Position numbers and translations under genes: made by a program. From the NCBI GenBank assembly GCA_001662655.1, contig KV460208.1: 64,000 nucleotides of DNA. The stretch is one strand, 5' to 3'. Each line of letters opens with the position of its first letter. Position 1 is the stretch's first letter. Origin of the DNA: Pseudogymnoascus verrucosus (Eukaryota). Shown piece after piece: positions 1-12,267 of this stretch. The notes beneath the pieces were generated by a model that worked only from the letters and a program-made list of their open reading frames with translations, was not told where the DNA came from and made no database searches.

Positions 1-934
1 ATGAAGTAGTCCCGTATTTGGACGGCACGGTAAAGTAGATCTTATTCCATTCCTTTCCTTTCCTTTCCTATCGTCCCCTTTCTACACCCGACTCAGACAA
101 GAGACAGACAAAGTCGCCTACCCGAGCCCGTGGGGGCTGGGAGGACGTGCGGTGTATGTGTTATACAAGAATCTCATCCCCCATCCCACCCCCCTTTTAT
201 CTTCCTTCCATCCCTCATCCTCGTCCTCATCCCACCGCCATCCCAACACCATCCCAACACCATCCCATACAATCCCATCTTATATCCAGTCCCCCACCCA
301 CCATCCACCAACACTTCCATCCATACATCCATCACATACACCTCAAACCCCACCCTTCCCACATCCCTCCCCTTTTCGAACCTCGCAAGAAAAATCTTGC
401 CTAAAAAAACCAAAAACAAACGAGGGTGCCAGACCAAGAGGACATAAGGTAAACCATGATCATAGCGCGTCGCTTTTGTGCCGTTTGCATTCGGGGAAGT
501 GGGCGTGAGTAAAGTTATTGTTGTTGTTGTTAGGGGGGGAGTTGTCAGACGAGCAAGAAAACGTCTTCTCTCTTTGAACCCCCCGCAAAAATGGCGAAGA
601 AGAAGAAGTAAGTAAAAAAAAGTTCCCCAATACATGAACATAGCGTCCGCTGGTATCGCAAACGCCCAAATGATTAACTAAAAAAAGGTAAAGATCCCTG
701 AACTCCGAGTGTGATGTTTTTAAAGATAGTGAGTGAGCCACGTCTCATAGACGGGCTTTATTGTGTTCGTTTCTTTGTCGAAGGTGTGTGTGTAACTCGT
801 GTACGCTGTACATTCCCAGCTATATTCTCCAGCGCTGCTGTGGTGTGTAATCCCGCACGTAAAAAAACGTGGTATAAAATGTAAAAAGAGTCCCACCCAG
901 CAGGCAGTGTGACCAGGCCAGCTCAAGCGGCAAT

Positions 935-2652
935 CTACACCTCCTCCGTGAACCTCGAGTTGCGGCTCCCATCCCTCGACGGGTGCGACCGCCCCAGCGC
1001 ATCCGGCATCGGCAGCGGCGGGGATGCGTTAATACTGACGAGAGGCTCTGTCCTCGAGTCTGCCGAGATATGCGCCTGGTACCCCGTCCCAGGTGACCTC
1101 GGCGCCCTATCATTCAGCGGCGAGGACGGTAGCCCAGCCGAGGTAGGCGACGCGGGGTATCCCGTTCCGCCGTAGAAGCCGCGCGAGTCGCGGTAGAAGG
1201 AGGTATCGCTCAAATGCGGATCGGCGAAGGGGTCCTGCTGGCGGTCCGAGAAGGGGTCTTCGTAGCCGTTGCCCCCCGAGGTAAGGACAGAGGGTAGCTT
1301 GCGCCCTGAGACGCGGACGAAGCTGCGGTGGCTGTCTGCCGTGGAGTGGGTGGCTTGTGATTTGCGGTTTTGGCCCGTCAGGACGGCGAGTGCGGCGGGG
1401 ACGGTGAAGAGCGAGGCGCGGCGGACCATGGACATAGGGCCTGTTGTGGCAGCGCCGCTGGAGGGGTCGGGCGAGGTGAGGTCGCGGCCGTTGCCGAGCT
1501 GGACGCCGCCTTGTTGGCGTCGCTTCCAGCGGAGGAGGAGCATGACGAGGAAGGCGATTAGGGTCACGCCTGCTAGACTGCCGACAACTGAGCCGACGAC
1601 TACGGGGGTCGGGGGAGGGTCGTTGGAATCGCCGTTCGAAGCGCCCAAGGCTTCGTCGCCGGAGGAGCTGCCGGTTCCAGTGCCGCTGCCAGTGCCAGAT
1701 CCTGGTGCGCCGTATGCTACCCCTGTTGCGGTTGCTGTTGCACCGGCTGATGATAGGTATGTTGTTGTAACCAGATCGCCATAGGCGTTTGTGTACACAG
1801 ATATGTATACGCCGTTTCCGTTCTTGTGGTGAGCTGAGGTCGCGGCCAGGCCTGACAGGGTATGGGAAGTTGCTGTATTGTTATGTAAAGATGCGAATGC
1901 AGGAACCCCATGTGCACTCTTTCCTGCTGCGACTGCGAGATGTTAGTCGAGACTCCTCAATGCAAAATGTTTGGCTTCTCACCAGTCCCGTTCACTGGTG
2001 TGAGCGACGAAAATGACGGTACGTCTGCTGGTAAGGGTGTAGCAGTTGTCTCGGGGAACGGGGTAATCGGTGGTGGCGGAGGGACTGGTTCAACAGTGCT
2101 CGAGGGAATATCCGTAGGGGTATCTGTAGACGAGGGAATATTCGTAGGGACATCCGTGGGGAGATCTGAAGACGGAGGTCCTGTCGGCTGCGATGTGGCA
2201 CTGGCTGTGTCGCTCGGGACGGGGACAGGAACTGCGGGAGCAGCAGTCGTGCTATCACCTGTGGCATCTCCGTTTGGGGGAGGGGCACCGGGAGCAGCAG
2301 TCGCGCGAGTATCACCATTCACACTACCAGTATTTGCCGTGTATGTCGCAACAGATTCGGAGATTGTATTGCCCTCGCCGTCGACGGCGACCTGGCGGAC
2401 TACAGACACGGTCTGGACGACTGCCGTAACGGTTTTGTTTGGTGGTGTTGATGCTTGAGCGGCATCCTGTCGCTCGTGGACGTGGGCGGCATCGTGGACG
2501 TGGGCGGCATCGTGGACGTGGGCTCGCCGTTGGTGGAAACGTGCGTGGGTGTGTCTGTTTCCGCGATTGTCGATATGTTCGGTGTGTTCGCGATGAACGG
2601 TCTCTGCGAGGGCGTCCTGAAGGAATGAAGGGGCCTCGTCGGTGTCGGCCAT
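935..2652 (-). CDS. Single-pass membrane protein with Ser/Thr/Pro-rich ectodomain (Mid2/Wsc-like architecture); 2 exons (2652-1983, 1932-935)
   Basis: Intron 1933-1982 (GTGAGA...GACTAAC...CAG) joins ORF 1957..2652 in frame to ORF 935..1798. One hydrophobic segment VVVGSVVGSLAGVTLIAFLVMLLL is followed by RWKRR. Confidence 0.8.
2474..2523. repeat. 18-bp coding tandem repeat (about 2.8 copies) encoding AHVHDA
   Basis: tcgtggacgtgggcggca repeated at 2474, 2492 and 2510 (partial). Confidence 0.9.
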
Positions 2653-4805
2653 GATGGCGCGCGGGTGTGGTGACTTTCTTTTGTCTCTTGTCTCTCTTGT
2701 CGTTTTGGTGTCTGTCTCTACTCACTCTCTCCGCAATGTATGAGGAGGTTAACGATTGTGGAGAGGCGACATGGCACTTGCGACCATGGCGAGTGAGAGG
2801 TGGAAAGGAAGATCAGTGGAGAAGAAGAGGAGGTAGAAGAAGTGGAAGTGGAAGTGGGAGGGAACGGAGAAGAGGAGAGACAGCGAAGCCAAGCATAGGC
2901 GCACAGGACAGGCACAGGCACGCACACACACAATCAATAGAGAGAGACACGAGAGTTTGGATGGTATGGGTATGGGTTATGGGGTGCGTGGTGCGTGTGT
3001 TGCGGTGGTGCAGTTGGTGGATGGTGCAGTTGGTGGAGTCGTGTAGTCGTGGTAGTCGTGGTGGTAGTACGAAGCAACGGGAAGGATGGTAAGGATGGTA
3101 AGGATGGTAAGGATGTTATGGATGCTACCGTAGAGAAAGGACGTTAGGGAAGGAAGGTACGAAGCAAGATTCCCAAAGAGGTGGTGGTGGGTTTTTCTGT
3201 TCGTGGTTCAAGGGTCAGGCCCACGAATGACAACGGCCACACGGAATGCAAGGTGTCCAACGATAGTGAAAAGGTACATGTTAATTCGCTGTGAAGTGGC
3301 TGCTACAGAGAAGTACCATTAATCTAGACCTGGACGCCCAGACATAATGCCCAGACAATAAACCGTAGTACGCCTATTACGCCCATTACGCCCTAGACAC
3401 AACAGATCAACAATCTTAGAGTTACGAGCCATTTTTGGGACTAAATCACGACTAAATCACGACTAAAACCACTCGCGAGATCTAATCTCGCTTATGCTCG
3501 TGTGACATGGGGGGAAGGGATGAAAAATCAATATTAGAGGCATTTTGGGTTCTGATGCTACCTGTGGAGTAGTAAGACGGCGTTAGTATTGTAGTATTGT
3601 AGTATTGTGGTCGTGCGTATAGGAAGTGAAGGTGAGGGGAAAGAAAAGAGAAAGGGCGAGATGTTTGTTGTTTGTTGTTTGTTGTTTACGCTGGTTGTTT
3701 TACTAGCCAGGGCCATAACGATATTAGCTGCGAGTGTCCGTCGACGACACATCTACAGAGTGATCAGTCACATTTTCCACCTAATCTCCTATTCCACGCT
3801 ATCGTAAGTTCTAGACTACAGACTATAATAGTACAGTACACTAACAGTGAAAGAACGGCTCAACTGTTTATTCCACGGGTTTAACAGTTGAAACAATTCT
3901 TATTTCCCCTCTATTTCCCTTCTTATTTCCCTTTCTTATGGGTCTGGATGGGGTCTATGCTCTAGAAATAGAAATAGCTCCCTAGGGGACTGGGGGGACT
4001 GGGCCTGGGAAACCGGGGCCAGGGTCCTCGTCTACCACTAGAGCGCACACTAACATCCACTAATACACTAATTTATAGTAGTACGGTTGCGAGGAGTGCG
4101 AATGACGGTCCTTTTTACTACGGTTGACCATGTTAACCAATATTTCGCCGGTTAGAACTGTTAGACTGTTATACTGTTATACTTCAGATGCCACTCACAA
4201 CTGCCAGCCCCTGCCAGCCCATGCCACAGTTCAGGTACCTTACTTAACGGACGCACTAGCTAAATTAGCGGTCGTCGTCGTGGATGCCACATGTTGGCGG
4301 CACAGGACTGTGGTGATTGTATGGTACTTAGTACTACCTATTTTTGAGTGATGTGCGCCTGCAGACCGTATGTAGTGGTCATGTACTCCATCCCGTTATT
4401 GGAGATTATCACCACCACCACCACCACTTCTCACCACTGCTTCTCACCACACCACATCAACACTTCCTCAACAGGCATACAGAACATCAACTACTCTAGA
4501 TCTCAACCAACAAATCTTACCCTTTGATCCTCGCAGCCTTCTATTCTATATACTACAGATATTATGAAACCAAGATCTACCCCACCCTCAACACACCCCA
4601 CCCAATCCTTACGAGTCCTGCCACCACAAGCACCGCCATACTTCCTTGATTGCGTCGCCGACGGATGATCCGCGCCGCCTTGATGGCTGCTCCATAGATT
4701 TACCCCACCATTCCACCGCCACGCAATCACTCTCCCCCAACGTCGATTCAATGTCTTCATAAACCCTACTTCTCGAATAAAGCCAAGTAAGGTCGACGAC
4801 AACAA

Positions 4806-7174
4806 ATGGCGACCGATCAGAAGTACACATATGTCCCGCCGACCGAATATGCGGGTTCGTCTCAAGAACCAACGGCGGGCAGCTCTCTCCCCAGAGTCCC
4901 ACCCCCACTTCCCCCGCGTAAAGCCTCAACACAAGTCGCCGTGCCGCCTCCATATTCGCTATACGACGTCGACAGGGCCGAGTTAGCTTCTGAAACATGG
5001 GTTCACGATCCAAGATCCTCGCCGATGGAGTCGATAAGCCCATCCGAGTTACGAGAGGGACAGCGTACGCTCCTGCTCATCTATATTCATGGCTTTATGG
5101 GCAATGAGACGAGCTTCCAGAGCCTCCCTGCTCATGTTCACAATATTCTCACGGTGGCCTTGGCTGAGAGCCATGTGGTGCATACCAAGATCTACCCTCG
5201 ATACAAGTCGAGAAATTCAATTGAGGTTGCAAGGGACAACTTCAGCGAATGGTGAGGACTGTTCAACCATCCACCTCGTCCCATAACTGACATTCTCTTC
5301 ATAGGCTTGGGCCACATGAAAATAGTAACACGGACATTGTGCTCCTCGGCCACAGTATGGGAGGCTTGCTTGCTGCAGAGGTTGCTCTCATGCCTTCTCT
5401 AGACCTAAGCCACGGCGGACAGTTCAAGCATCGAGTCCTTGGCACTATTAGCTTCGATACACCATTCTTAGGCATGCACCCTGGGCTGGTAGTCAGCGGC
5501 ATAGGAAGCTTGTTCAGACCGGCTCCTCCGCCGCCTGGGTCTGCGCAGAGCACACGGGAGTCATCGACTGGCACTGACACGACGGATTCAGGAAGCATTT
5601 CATCAATGCCAACGACTGCTGCTTCTCTGACGACAGTGAGCTCGGCAGATACACCTCTGACACTAAGCACCAGCAACAACTCATCGATACACACTGCGAC
5701 TACGAATGATCCGTATTATAACCCACCCTTTGCCAACGACATCAATATCAAGGAACGCAGCGGGTGGAACAGCTTATTACATTTCGCCAATAAGCATGTT
5801 GATGGCCTTACATCTGCAACAAAGCAATATTTCCTGTCTCATATTGAATTCGGCGGCTGTCTCGCTGATTTCTCAGGACTGAAGAACCGCTATTCTCGTC
5901 TAAGGCATCTAGAAGATGTGGACGACACGACAGAGGCGGCGCTGGCATCCGATGCCAGGCGTATCCGATTCGTCAACTACTATACTGCAAGCACTGGCTT
6001 GCCGAAACGGCAAAAGGTGCAGCAAGTTAAGGCGAAAGACGATGATGGGAACATTGTTTCAGTGGAAACTGCGACGGAGAACTTGAGCCTCGAAGAGTCT
6101 GTAAAGGCCACCACTGATACCCCGGCTGAGTTAGCAGCTCCAAGCGGGCTTGACGGACCTGGAGCTGCAATAATCTCAGTTGAAGAAACGGGCAATGCAG
6201 CCCATACAGAGGCGAAAGCACCAACATCACAAACTCATATCTCTGAAGTCGCACCAGAGCAAGACGATGATGATTACGAAGCACAGCCAATGCAACACAT
6301 AGACTCCATGCCCATCCAAGGCGACGACGAAGATTCCCAAGATGATGACTTCCACGATGCCCACGAAGACACCCACCAAGCCACAGCCGACGTAACGACA
6401 GCGACCCCACCAACACCAGATGCACCGACAAGGACCCCGCCAACACCAGACGTACCAACATCACCCTCACCAATACCAGACATAACAACCTCCACCGGCG
6501 ACCCCGCCCTCCCCCCCATCCCCCCCGTCCCAGAAGAACCCACCCCCCTCGACCTCACCCTCTACACCGACAAAGACTCCCGCAAGCTCGCTGAAAAAGA
6601 ACACAAGCGCATCCTCAAGATCTACCAAGCAGCCGTCAAGCACCGCGAGAGCGCCCTCAAGGACCGTCGGAAACTGACCGAGAAGCGGGAGAAGAAGGCG
6701 GCGCAGGAGAGGGAGAAGACGCACAAGACGGAGGAGAAGAAGAGGCTGCAGGGGGAGGAGAAGAGGATGAAGGACGAGGAGAATAGGATGAAGGAGGAGG
6801 AGAGGAAGCGTCTTGCTGATGCTAAGGAGGCCGAGTTGAGGGCTGTGACGGTTAATCCTAGTGGTCCTGCTCATGGTGCGGATGCGCGAGCGGGGTCTGT
6901 CTCTGAGGGCGCGGAGGCGCCGCCGCAGAAGAAGAAGAAGGATAAGCGCTTTTGTCTTCTACCGGGCGATCTGGAGCGTAGTAGCGACGGGCTGGATAAA
7001 TGCTGGGTGCGCGTTTATATGGAGGGTGTGGACGAGGTAGGCGCGCACTGTGGGTTATTCTTCCCTGGACCGCAGTATGCGGCGCTGCTGGGCGATACGA
7101 CGGAGAGGATTCAGGGGTGGGTGAATGATGATGCGACGAGGAGGGCGATTTTAGATTTACATAGCCTGGATTAG
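4806..7174 (+). CDS. Alpha/beta-hydrolase (DUF676/PGAP1-like putative lipase); 2 exons (4806-5251, 5305-7174)
   Basis: IYIHGFMG oxyanion region and GHSMGG nucleophile elbow, followed by FDTPFLG. C-terminal GAHCGLF His motif. Intron 5252-5304 GTGAGG...ACTGAC...TAG restores the frame. Confidence 0.85.
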
Positions 7175-7471
7175 GGGGTCTGGGTTAGTGGTGGGTGGTG
7201 GATATTACTGTATGTACAGTAGTTAGTTCGCATGCGGTGGTTTATGGACACTAGATAGATTCATGAAGTTATGATACCCCATCTCTCCCTCCCTCTGCCC
7301 ATTCTAGCTATTTTCTAACGCACACACGTCTATTTCGGATCTATATACACATGAGAAATCGATCGCTTCGCCCTGTGCGGAACAGGATGCAATATGGACA
7401 TTGGTATCATCGTATTTATACACCCCCCCCCTCCCCCTATCCCAACCCTTTCACCCCCCGCTAGAGCCCCC

Positions 7472-8152
7472 CTAGCCCCCCTCACTCCCCTCCTTAGCAT
7501 GCTTCAGCTTCAACCTCTTCTCCTGCTTCATAAACTCCAAAATCCCCACCGGCACCCCCTTAAACACCTCCCCACTCAACCCTTCATCCCAATTCGTCTC
7601 ACTCCCCCCCCCATCATCATCCATACTCGTCGCCTCCTCCCCCCCCTTCACTCCCTTCCCCCCCATACCAACACCCACCTCCCTCCCCACCGCCCTCTCC
7701 GCCCTCGCCTTCGCCGCCGCCCACTCCTCCACCTCCTCCCCGAACTGATCCCACACACAATTCACACACCCGCTCATACAGCAATTATCCGGCTCCTCCG
7801 GTTTTGGCGGGACCAACACCCCGGCTACTAATTCGCTCTTGCTGGCTAGCTCGGCGCGCCGTTCTGCTGGCCCTGCTAGGCGGGATCCGAAGACGACGCG
7901 GGCGCGCGCGATGTTCTCTTCTTTCATGGACTTGGGGGGGGAAGTCGGAGGCGGCGGTGGGTGTGGGTCCGCGGTGAAGGCGCCGGAGAGGGGGTGGGAG
8001 AGGAGGGATTCGTAGTAGGGACCCAGGGGTTTGGCTTGGGGCCATTCGGGGCTGGAGGGGGTGTTGGTGCTGTGGTGGCGGGTATGGCGAGGGAGGGCGG
8101 AAAAGCGCGGTGCGGTGCGGCGCACGAGGTGGTGGAGGGCGCGGGTTTCCAT
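7472..8152 (-). CDS. Oxidoreductase-like domain protein (Oxidored-like/OXLD1 family), probably mitochondrial
   Basis: Signature PPKPEEPDNCCMSGCVNCVWD and an Arg-rich, presequence-like N-terminus. Confidence 0.85.
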   Translation of the reverse strand: METRALHHLVRRTAPRFSALPRHTRHHSTNTPSSPEWPQAKPLGPYYESLLSHPLSGAFTADPHPPPPPTSPPKSMKEENIARARVVFGSRLAGPAERRAELASKSELVAGVLVPPKPEEPDNCCMSGCVNCVWDQFGEEVEEWAAAKARAERAVGREVGVGMGGKGVKGGEEATSMDDDGGGSETNWDEGLSGEVFKGVPVGILEFMKQEKRLKLKHAKEGSEGG

Positions 8153-8636
8153 GTTTGTGATTTCTGAGTTCGTGCCCTTTGAGATGTGATGGGCGGGCTG
8201 CGCGGGCGTAGTGTGGTTGTTGTGGGTATATTGTTATATCATGTGTGCATTTTATGTTGTTGTGTTGTGGTGTAATTGTGTGGTGAGTCGGAGTAGAAGA
8301 TCGGAGCCGGAAAATGTTTAGCATTGGCATCCATGACGTCCTCTCCGAGGGCCGCGGGATGCCCGCCACCGGGGCGATAAGGCACGTAGGTCCCTTGCTT
8401 TGCTCGTGGCAGCGTTGTGGGCGCCACGGTGCGGGATAACTTTCTAGCGAGTGGATGGCCCAAAGTCGCGTCCTTTTGGGCTGGGCCTGTAATAATACGC
8501 GACTTCAAAACACCCAAGCTCCCAAAACGAACGACGGAGCAACGATTGAAGATTGGCAATTTGTCGAGATACGGATATAAAGATACATACACGAGACGAG
8601 GAGCGCATGGAAGCAAGCATTGGAGCGTAGATTGCG

Positions 8637-11537
8637 ATGTCGCAGTCCCCCAGCAAGCGGCGCAAGTTGTCCCCCGAGGTTGGCGCGCCGAGCACACCGA
8701 GTCGCATTCCGGGACCGAGGGGGACGGAGAGGGCTACGACGCCTGTGAGGGGTACGCCGGGCAGAGGACCATCTGCGTCGCCGAGTAAGAGGGCTGCGAG
8801 TGTGTCGCGACAAGCTGCGCAGGATGTGGGGTCCCAAGCTACAGAAAGCGCTGAGGTGCCGGGGATAATTGGACAAGGAGCGCAGACGGGAGAGGTGGAA
8901 ACGACGACACCGAGGAGGACGAGAAGGACGCCGGGGGGTGGAATGACGGCTGCGCCGAGGAGGAGGTCGCAGTCGCCGCAGAAACAGGATCCGAAGCCTG
9001 CGACTGCGGCGGGAGGGGCTGATGAGCAAAATCCGTTCCAGAAGAAGGGGTTGAGACGATCGCCTATACCTACGACGGGACCGGCTGGGGGGACGGATGA
9101 GCAGAATCCGTTTCAGAAGAAGGGGGGACTACGACGATCGCCTATACCAGAGGCGGGGGCTGCTGAGGTGCAAACGCAGACGGGGGAGACGCAGGAAGTG
9201 CCGGTGGTGGCTAGGCCTACGACGCCTACGCCGAAGTCGACTACGCCGCAGTCGATTCCGCCAGCTCGTGTGGTAACTACGGAGATAATGGATCCCTTTA
9301 AAAAGGGTGGACTACGTCGATCGGATATTGCTTCTCCAGCCCCTGTATCGGTCACAGCGCCAATCGAACCAACCGAGCCTACGGATCCCTTCAAGAAGAG
9401 CGGATTACGTCGTTCGGATGTCGCTTCCCCAGCACCTACACCTACAGCACCTACAGCACCTGCAGCGCCTGTATCGACTGTAGCGACTGTAGCACCTGTA
9501 GCGCCTGTCGCGCGTGTAGCTACCACAGAACCTATGGATCCCTTCAAAAAGGGCGGACTACGTCGTTCAGACATTGCTTCCCCAGCGCCTGCCGCAGCAC
9601 CCACGGAGTCTACCGAGCCTGCCGACCCCTTTAAAAAGAGCGGACTGCGCCGGTCAGATGTTACTTCTCCTGCCCCTGTGGTGGCTGCTGTGCCCACCGA
9701 GCCAACGGAGCCTACCAACCCCTTTAAAAAGAGTGGGTTGCGTCGGTCAGACGTTGCTTCACCGGCCCCCGTGGCGCCCACGGAGCCTGCGGACCCGTTT
9801 AAAAAGGGCGGCCTACGCCGATCGAACGTTGCTCCCACAGCGCCTGCAAATGATACGCCCGCAGAGAAGCCAGGTACCGAGGAAACACCTACAGAGAACA
9901 CACCCACAGAGAGAGCAGTCACTGAGGAAACACTCCAAAATACACAGAGCACCGCCCCTCCCAATCCTCCGGTTCAAGAACCAACGCCAGAGCCGCAACC
10001 GCAACCGCAACCACAGCCAGAACCTCAAGCAGAACTCGAACCGGAACCCGAGCTCCCCCCAACTCCAACCCAACTCGGCATCCCAGATCCTGTCGTCACC
10101 ACCGAACCAACAGGGATCCACAACACGCCGAGCAAGCGCCCCAAGCGCCCCAGGAGCACAACTCTCAAATCCTCACCCCTTAAACCCCGCGACCCGCCAC
10201 CCACCCAGCCGCCACCACCAGCAGTAGCGGCAACAGCCTCAGTCTCAGCCTCAGCCTCAACATCAGCCCCCCCTCCTTCCGCCTTCCCTTTAAAACCCAA
10301 AACAAAACCAACAACAACAACAACAACAACAACCTCCGAACCCCCCTCCAAACGCCGCAAGCAATCCCCTCCTCCCTCCCGCAACCTCCTACCTCCCGAC
10401 CCTTACGCGGCAAAAAAACGCCGCCGCGCCGCCCTCCTCGCCGAAGTAGCCCAGCTCGAAGCAGATCTCGCCCTCGCCGAAGCGGAGAACGCGCGGATCC
10501 GCCGGCACCACGAGGCTGGACGGCGGGAGGTCCCCGCGCCGAAGAATGAGGATGCGATTTTCGACTTGCTTCTTAGGGCTGCGCGGCCGAGGGTCCCTCC
10601 AGGAGAGGAGGAGAGGCCGAGGAAGAGGAGCGTTATGATGAATGTTGGCGCCTTTTTGCCGTTTGCGAAGAAGAGGAGGACGCCGGTGGTGAGCAAACAG
10701 GTGGTGAAGGAGGGGGAGTTGCCGTCGTATGGGCCGGTTGAGGTGGAGGATCCGATGCCGTATCTCTCTGTCTTTTCGCCGCTGGGGTTTACGTCTACGA
10801 CTACGATTTTGCCCTCTGTAGGCGAGTCCGGGGCGGTGTTACAGCGGCGCGATGTTGTGGCGAAAGCGCCGGGGGGACTATTTCATGCACGCGTCGGGGT
10901 GGTGGTTGATACGGCCTCGTTGACGGTTGTGGCCGTCGACGTGGATGGGTTGGATGGAAACGCCGAGCCGGAAATTGGGCGGTGGATGAGGGAGAGGGCG
11001 GGGGAGGGGGTGTTGGGTCGGGATGTGAATGCGGTGTTTTATGGGATGGGGCAGTGGGTTGAAGGGGCGGCGAAGAGGGCGAGGTTTTGGTGCCAGATTG
11101 GGGAGGAGTTTGCTGGGGGCGGAAGGGGGAAGGGGAAGGAGAAGAGGAGGAAGGGGAAGGGTAGGGAGGGAGAGGATGTGGAGTTAGATGAGGGAGTGGG
11201 CGCGGGGAAGTGGACGGCTAAGGATTTGCTACCGCATATGAGACGCACGGCGCTCGTGCTGCCGGTTGAGGATGTGGAGGTCATGGTGGAGTGGCGCATC
11301 GCGCTCGACTGGACGGGCGAGGCGGAACATGCTATCTCGGCGTCGGCGCGGGTGCCTCGGGGATGTAAGTTCTATTCTATCCTGACAATGGGTTGTGCCT
11401 GTTACTAACTAGATGCAGGGCATGAGCAAGATGAGCGGCGCAGTCTGACGAGGGTGCCGGAGATGTTTCGGAAGCTGGTGGAGAGTCGCGGGCCGGTGGT
11501 GGCGGTGAGGACTGTGGTGGCTGGCTTGCTGGGTTGA
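8637..11537 (+). CDS. Putative inner-kinetochore CENP-P/Ctf19-like protein with long repetitive N-terminal region; 2 exons (8637-11364, 11419-11537)
   Basis: 923-aa ORF. Intron 11365-11418 (GTAAGT...ACTAAC...CAG) adds WHEQDERRSLTRVPEMFRKLVESRGPVVAVRTVVAGLLG*. A coiled coil is followed by an RWD-like C-terminus resembling CENP-P. The CDS is secure; the function is inferred. Confidence 0.65.
9030..9827 (+). repeat. Eight dispersed coding repeats of (N/D)PF-x-K-(x)-GLRRS
   Basis: NPFQKKGLRRSP, NPFQKKGGLRRSP, DPFKKGGLRRSD, DPFKKSGLRRSD, DPFKKGGLRRSD, DPFKKSGLRRSD, NPFKKSGLRRSD and DPFKKGGLRRSN in ORF 8637. Confidence 0.95.
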
Positions 11538-11843
11538 AGGGGTCGATTGAATGGGGTTATGTGGTATGATTGCATGGTGTAGAGAGGGGATATGAGAGGG
11601 GTATAGCACAGCAGCGCACGATTATGACAATGATACCCGTTTACCCATCCTCATTCACCGCGCCCATCTCCTTGTAATCGTACAACTCTCAGATTCCATT
11701 TATATATGCGCTACATGATATTATGAACTCCAACCAACCCCCTGCCGGCTTTTCCCCTGCCAAACCGCAGTCCGCAGTCCGCATATGCATTATCCCCTCT
11801 CCCCTTCCCTGCCAGCCACCCCATATATCTCGCCGCATAAGCG

Positions 11844-12267
11844 CTAATCCACATCCACCCCCTTCTTCCTCAGATCCGCGCGCGCCTCATCGATCTCGAG
11901 CATCAGCTCTGCGTGCGCGGCGGGGACATCGTTGAAGGTGAAGACGCCGAGGCCGAGCTTGAAGAGGAGGTAGGAGCCGAAGGAGACGAGGGCCCAGAAG
12001 GGGAGCTGTGCGGCGGGTGTTAGCTTGTGTTCTTTGACTTTCTTGGGAGGCAGACGGGGGGACGAACGACGGGGATGATTTCGGATTGGATTAGTGCCGG
12101 GAGAGGGACGAGTTCGAGGTAGAGAGACAGGTAGAGCTGCGGCGTGTTAGTGGGGTCTGCTTGGTCTGCATGTCTGTCTTGGGGGGTTGGGGGGTTGGGG
12201 GCGGGGAGGGGGGACGTACGGAGGAGACCAGGAGGGCCAGGGAGATTGTTTGTTGTGCCTTCGTCAT
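11844..12267 (-). CDS. DPM3: Dolichol-phosphate mannosyltransferase subunit 3; 3 exons (12267-12220, 12136-12068, 12005-11844), 92 aa
   Basis: Spliced product MTKAQQTISLALLVSS-LYLSLYLELVPLPALIQSEIIPV-LPFWALVSFGSYLLFKLGLGVFTFNDVPAAHAELMLEIDEARADLRKKGVDVD. Both introns are canonical GT-AG with CTAAC. Confidence 0.93.

Noticed and set aside
1..930. Short ORFs rich in Pro/His/Ser or Gly/Trp
   Set aside because: Products of low-complexity C/A-rich sequence in the 3' flank of the first gene; no protein-like features.
2700..4600. Short tandem repeats (ggatggtaa, gactaaatcac, tatttccc, cac tracts)
   Set aside because: Ordinary micro/minisatellites; no unique spacers, so not CRISPR-like.
9030..9827. 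Regularly interspaced repeats superficially resembling a CRISPR array
   Set aside because: In frame within a fungal CDS and conserved at peptide rather than nucleotide level; no cas genes.
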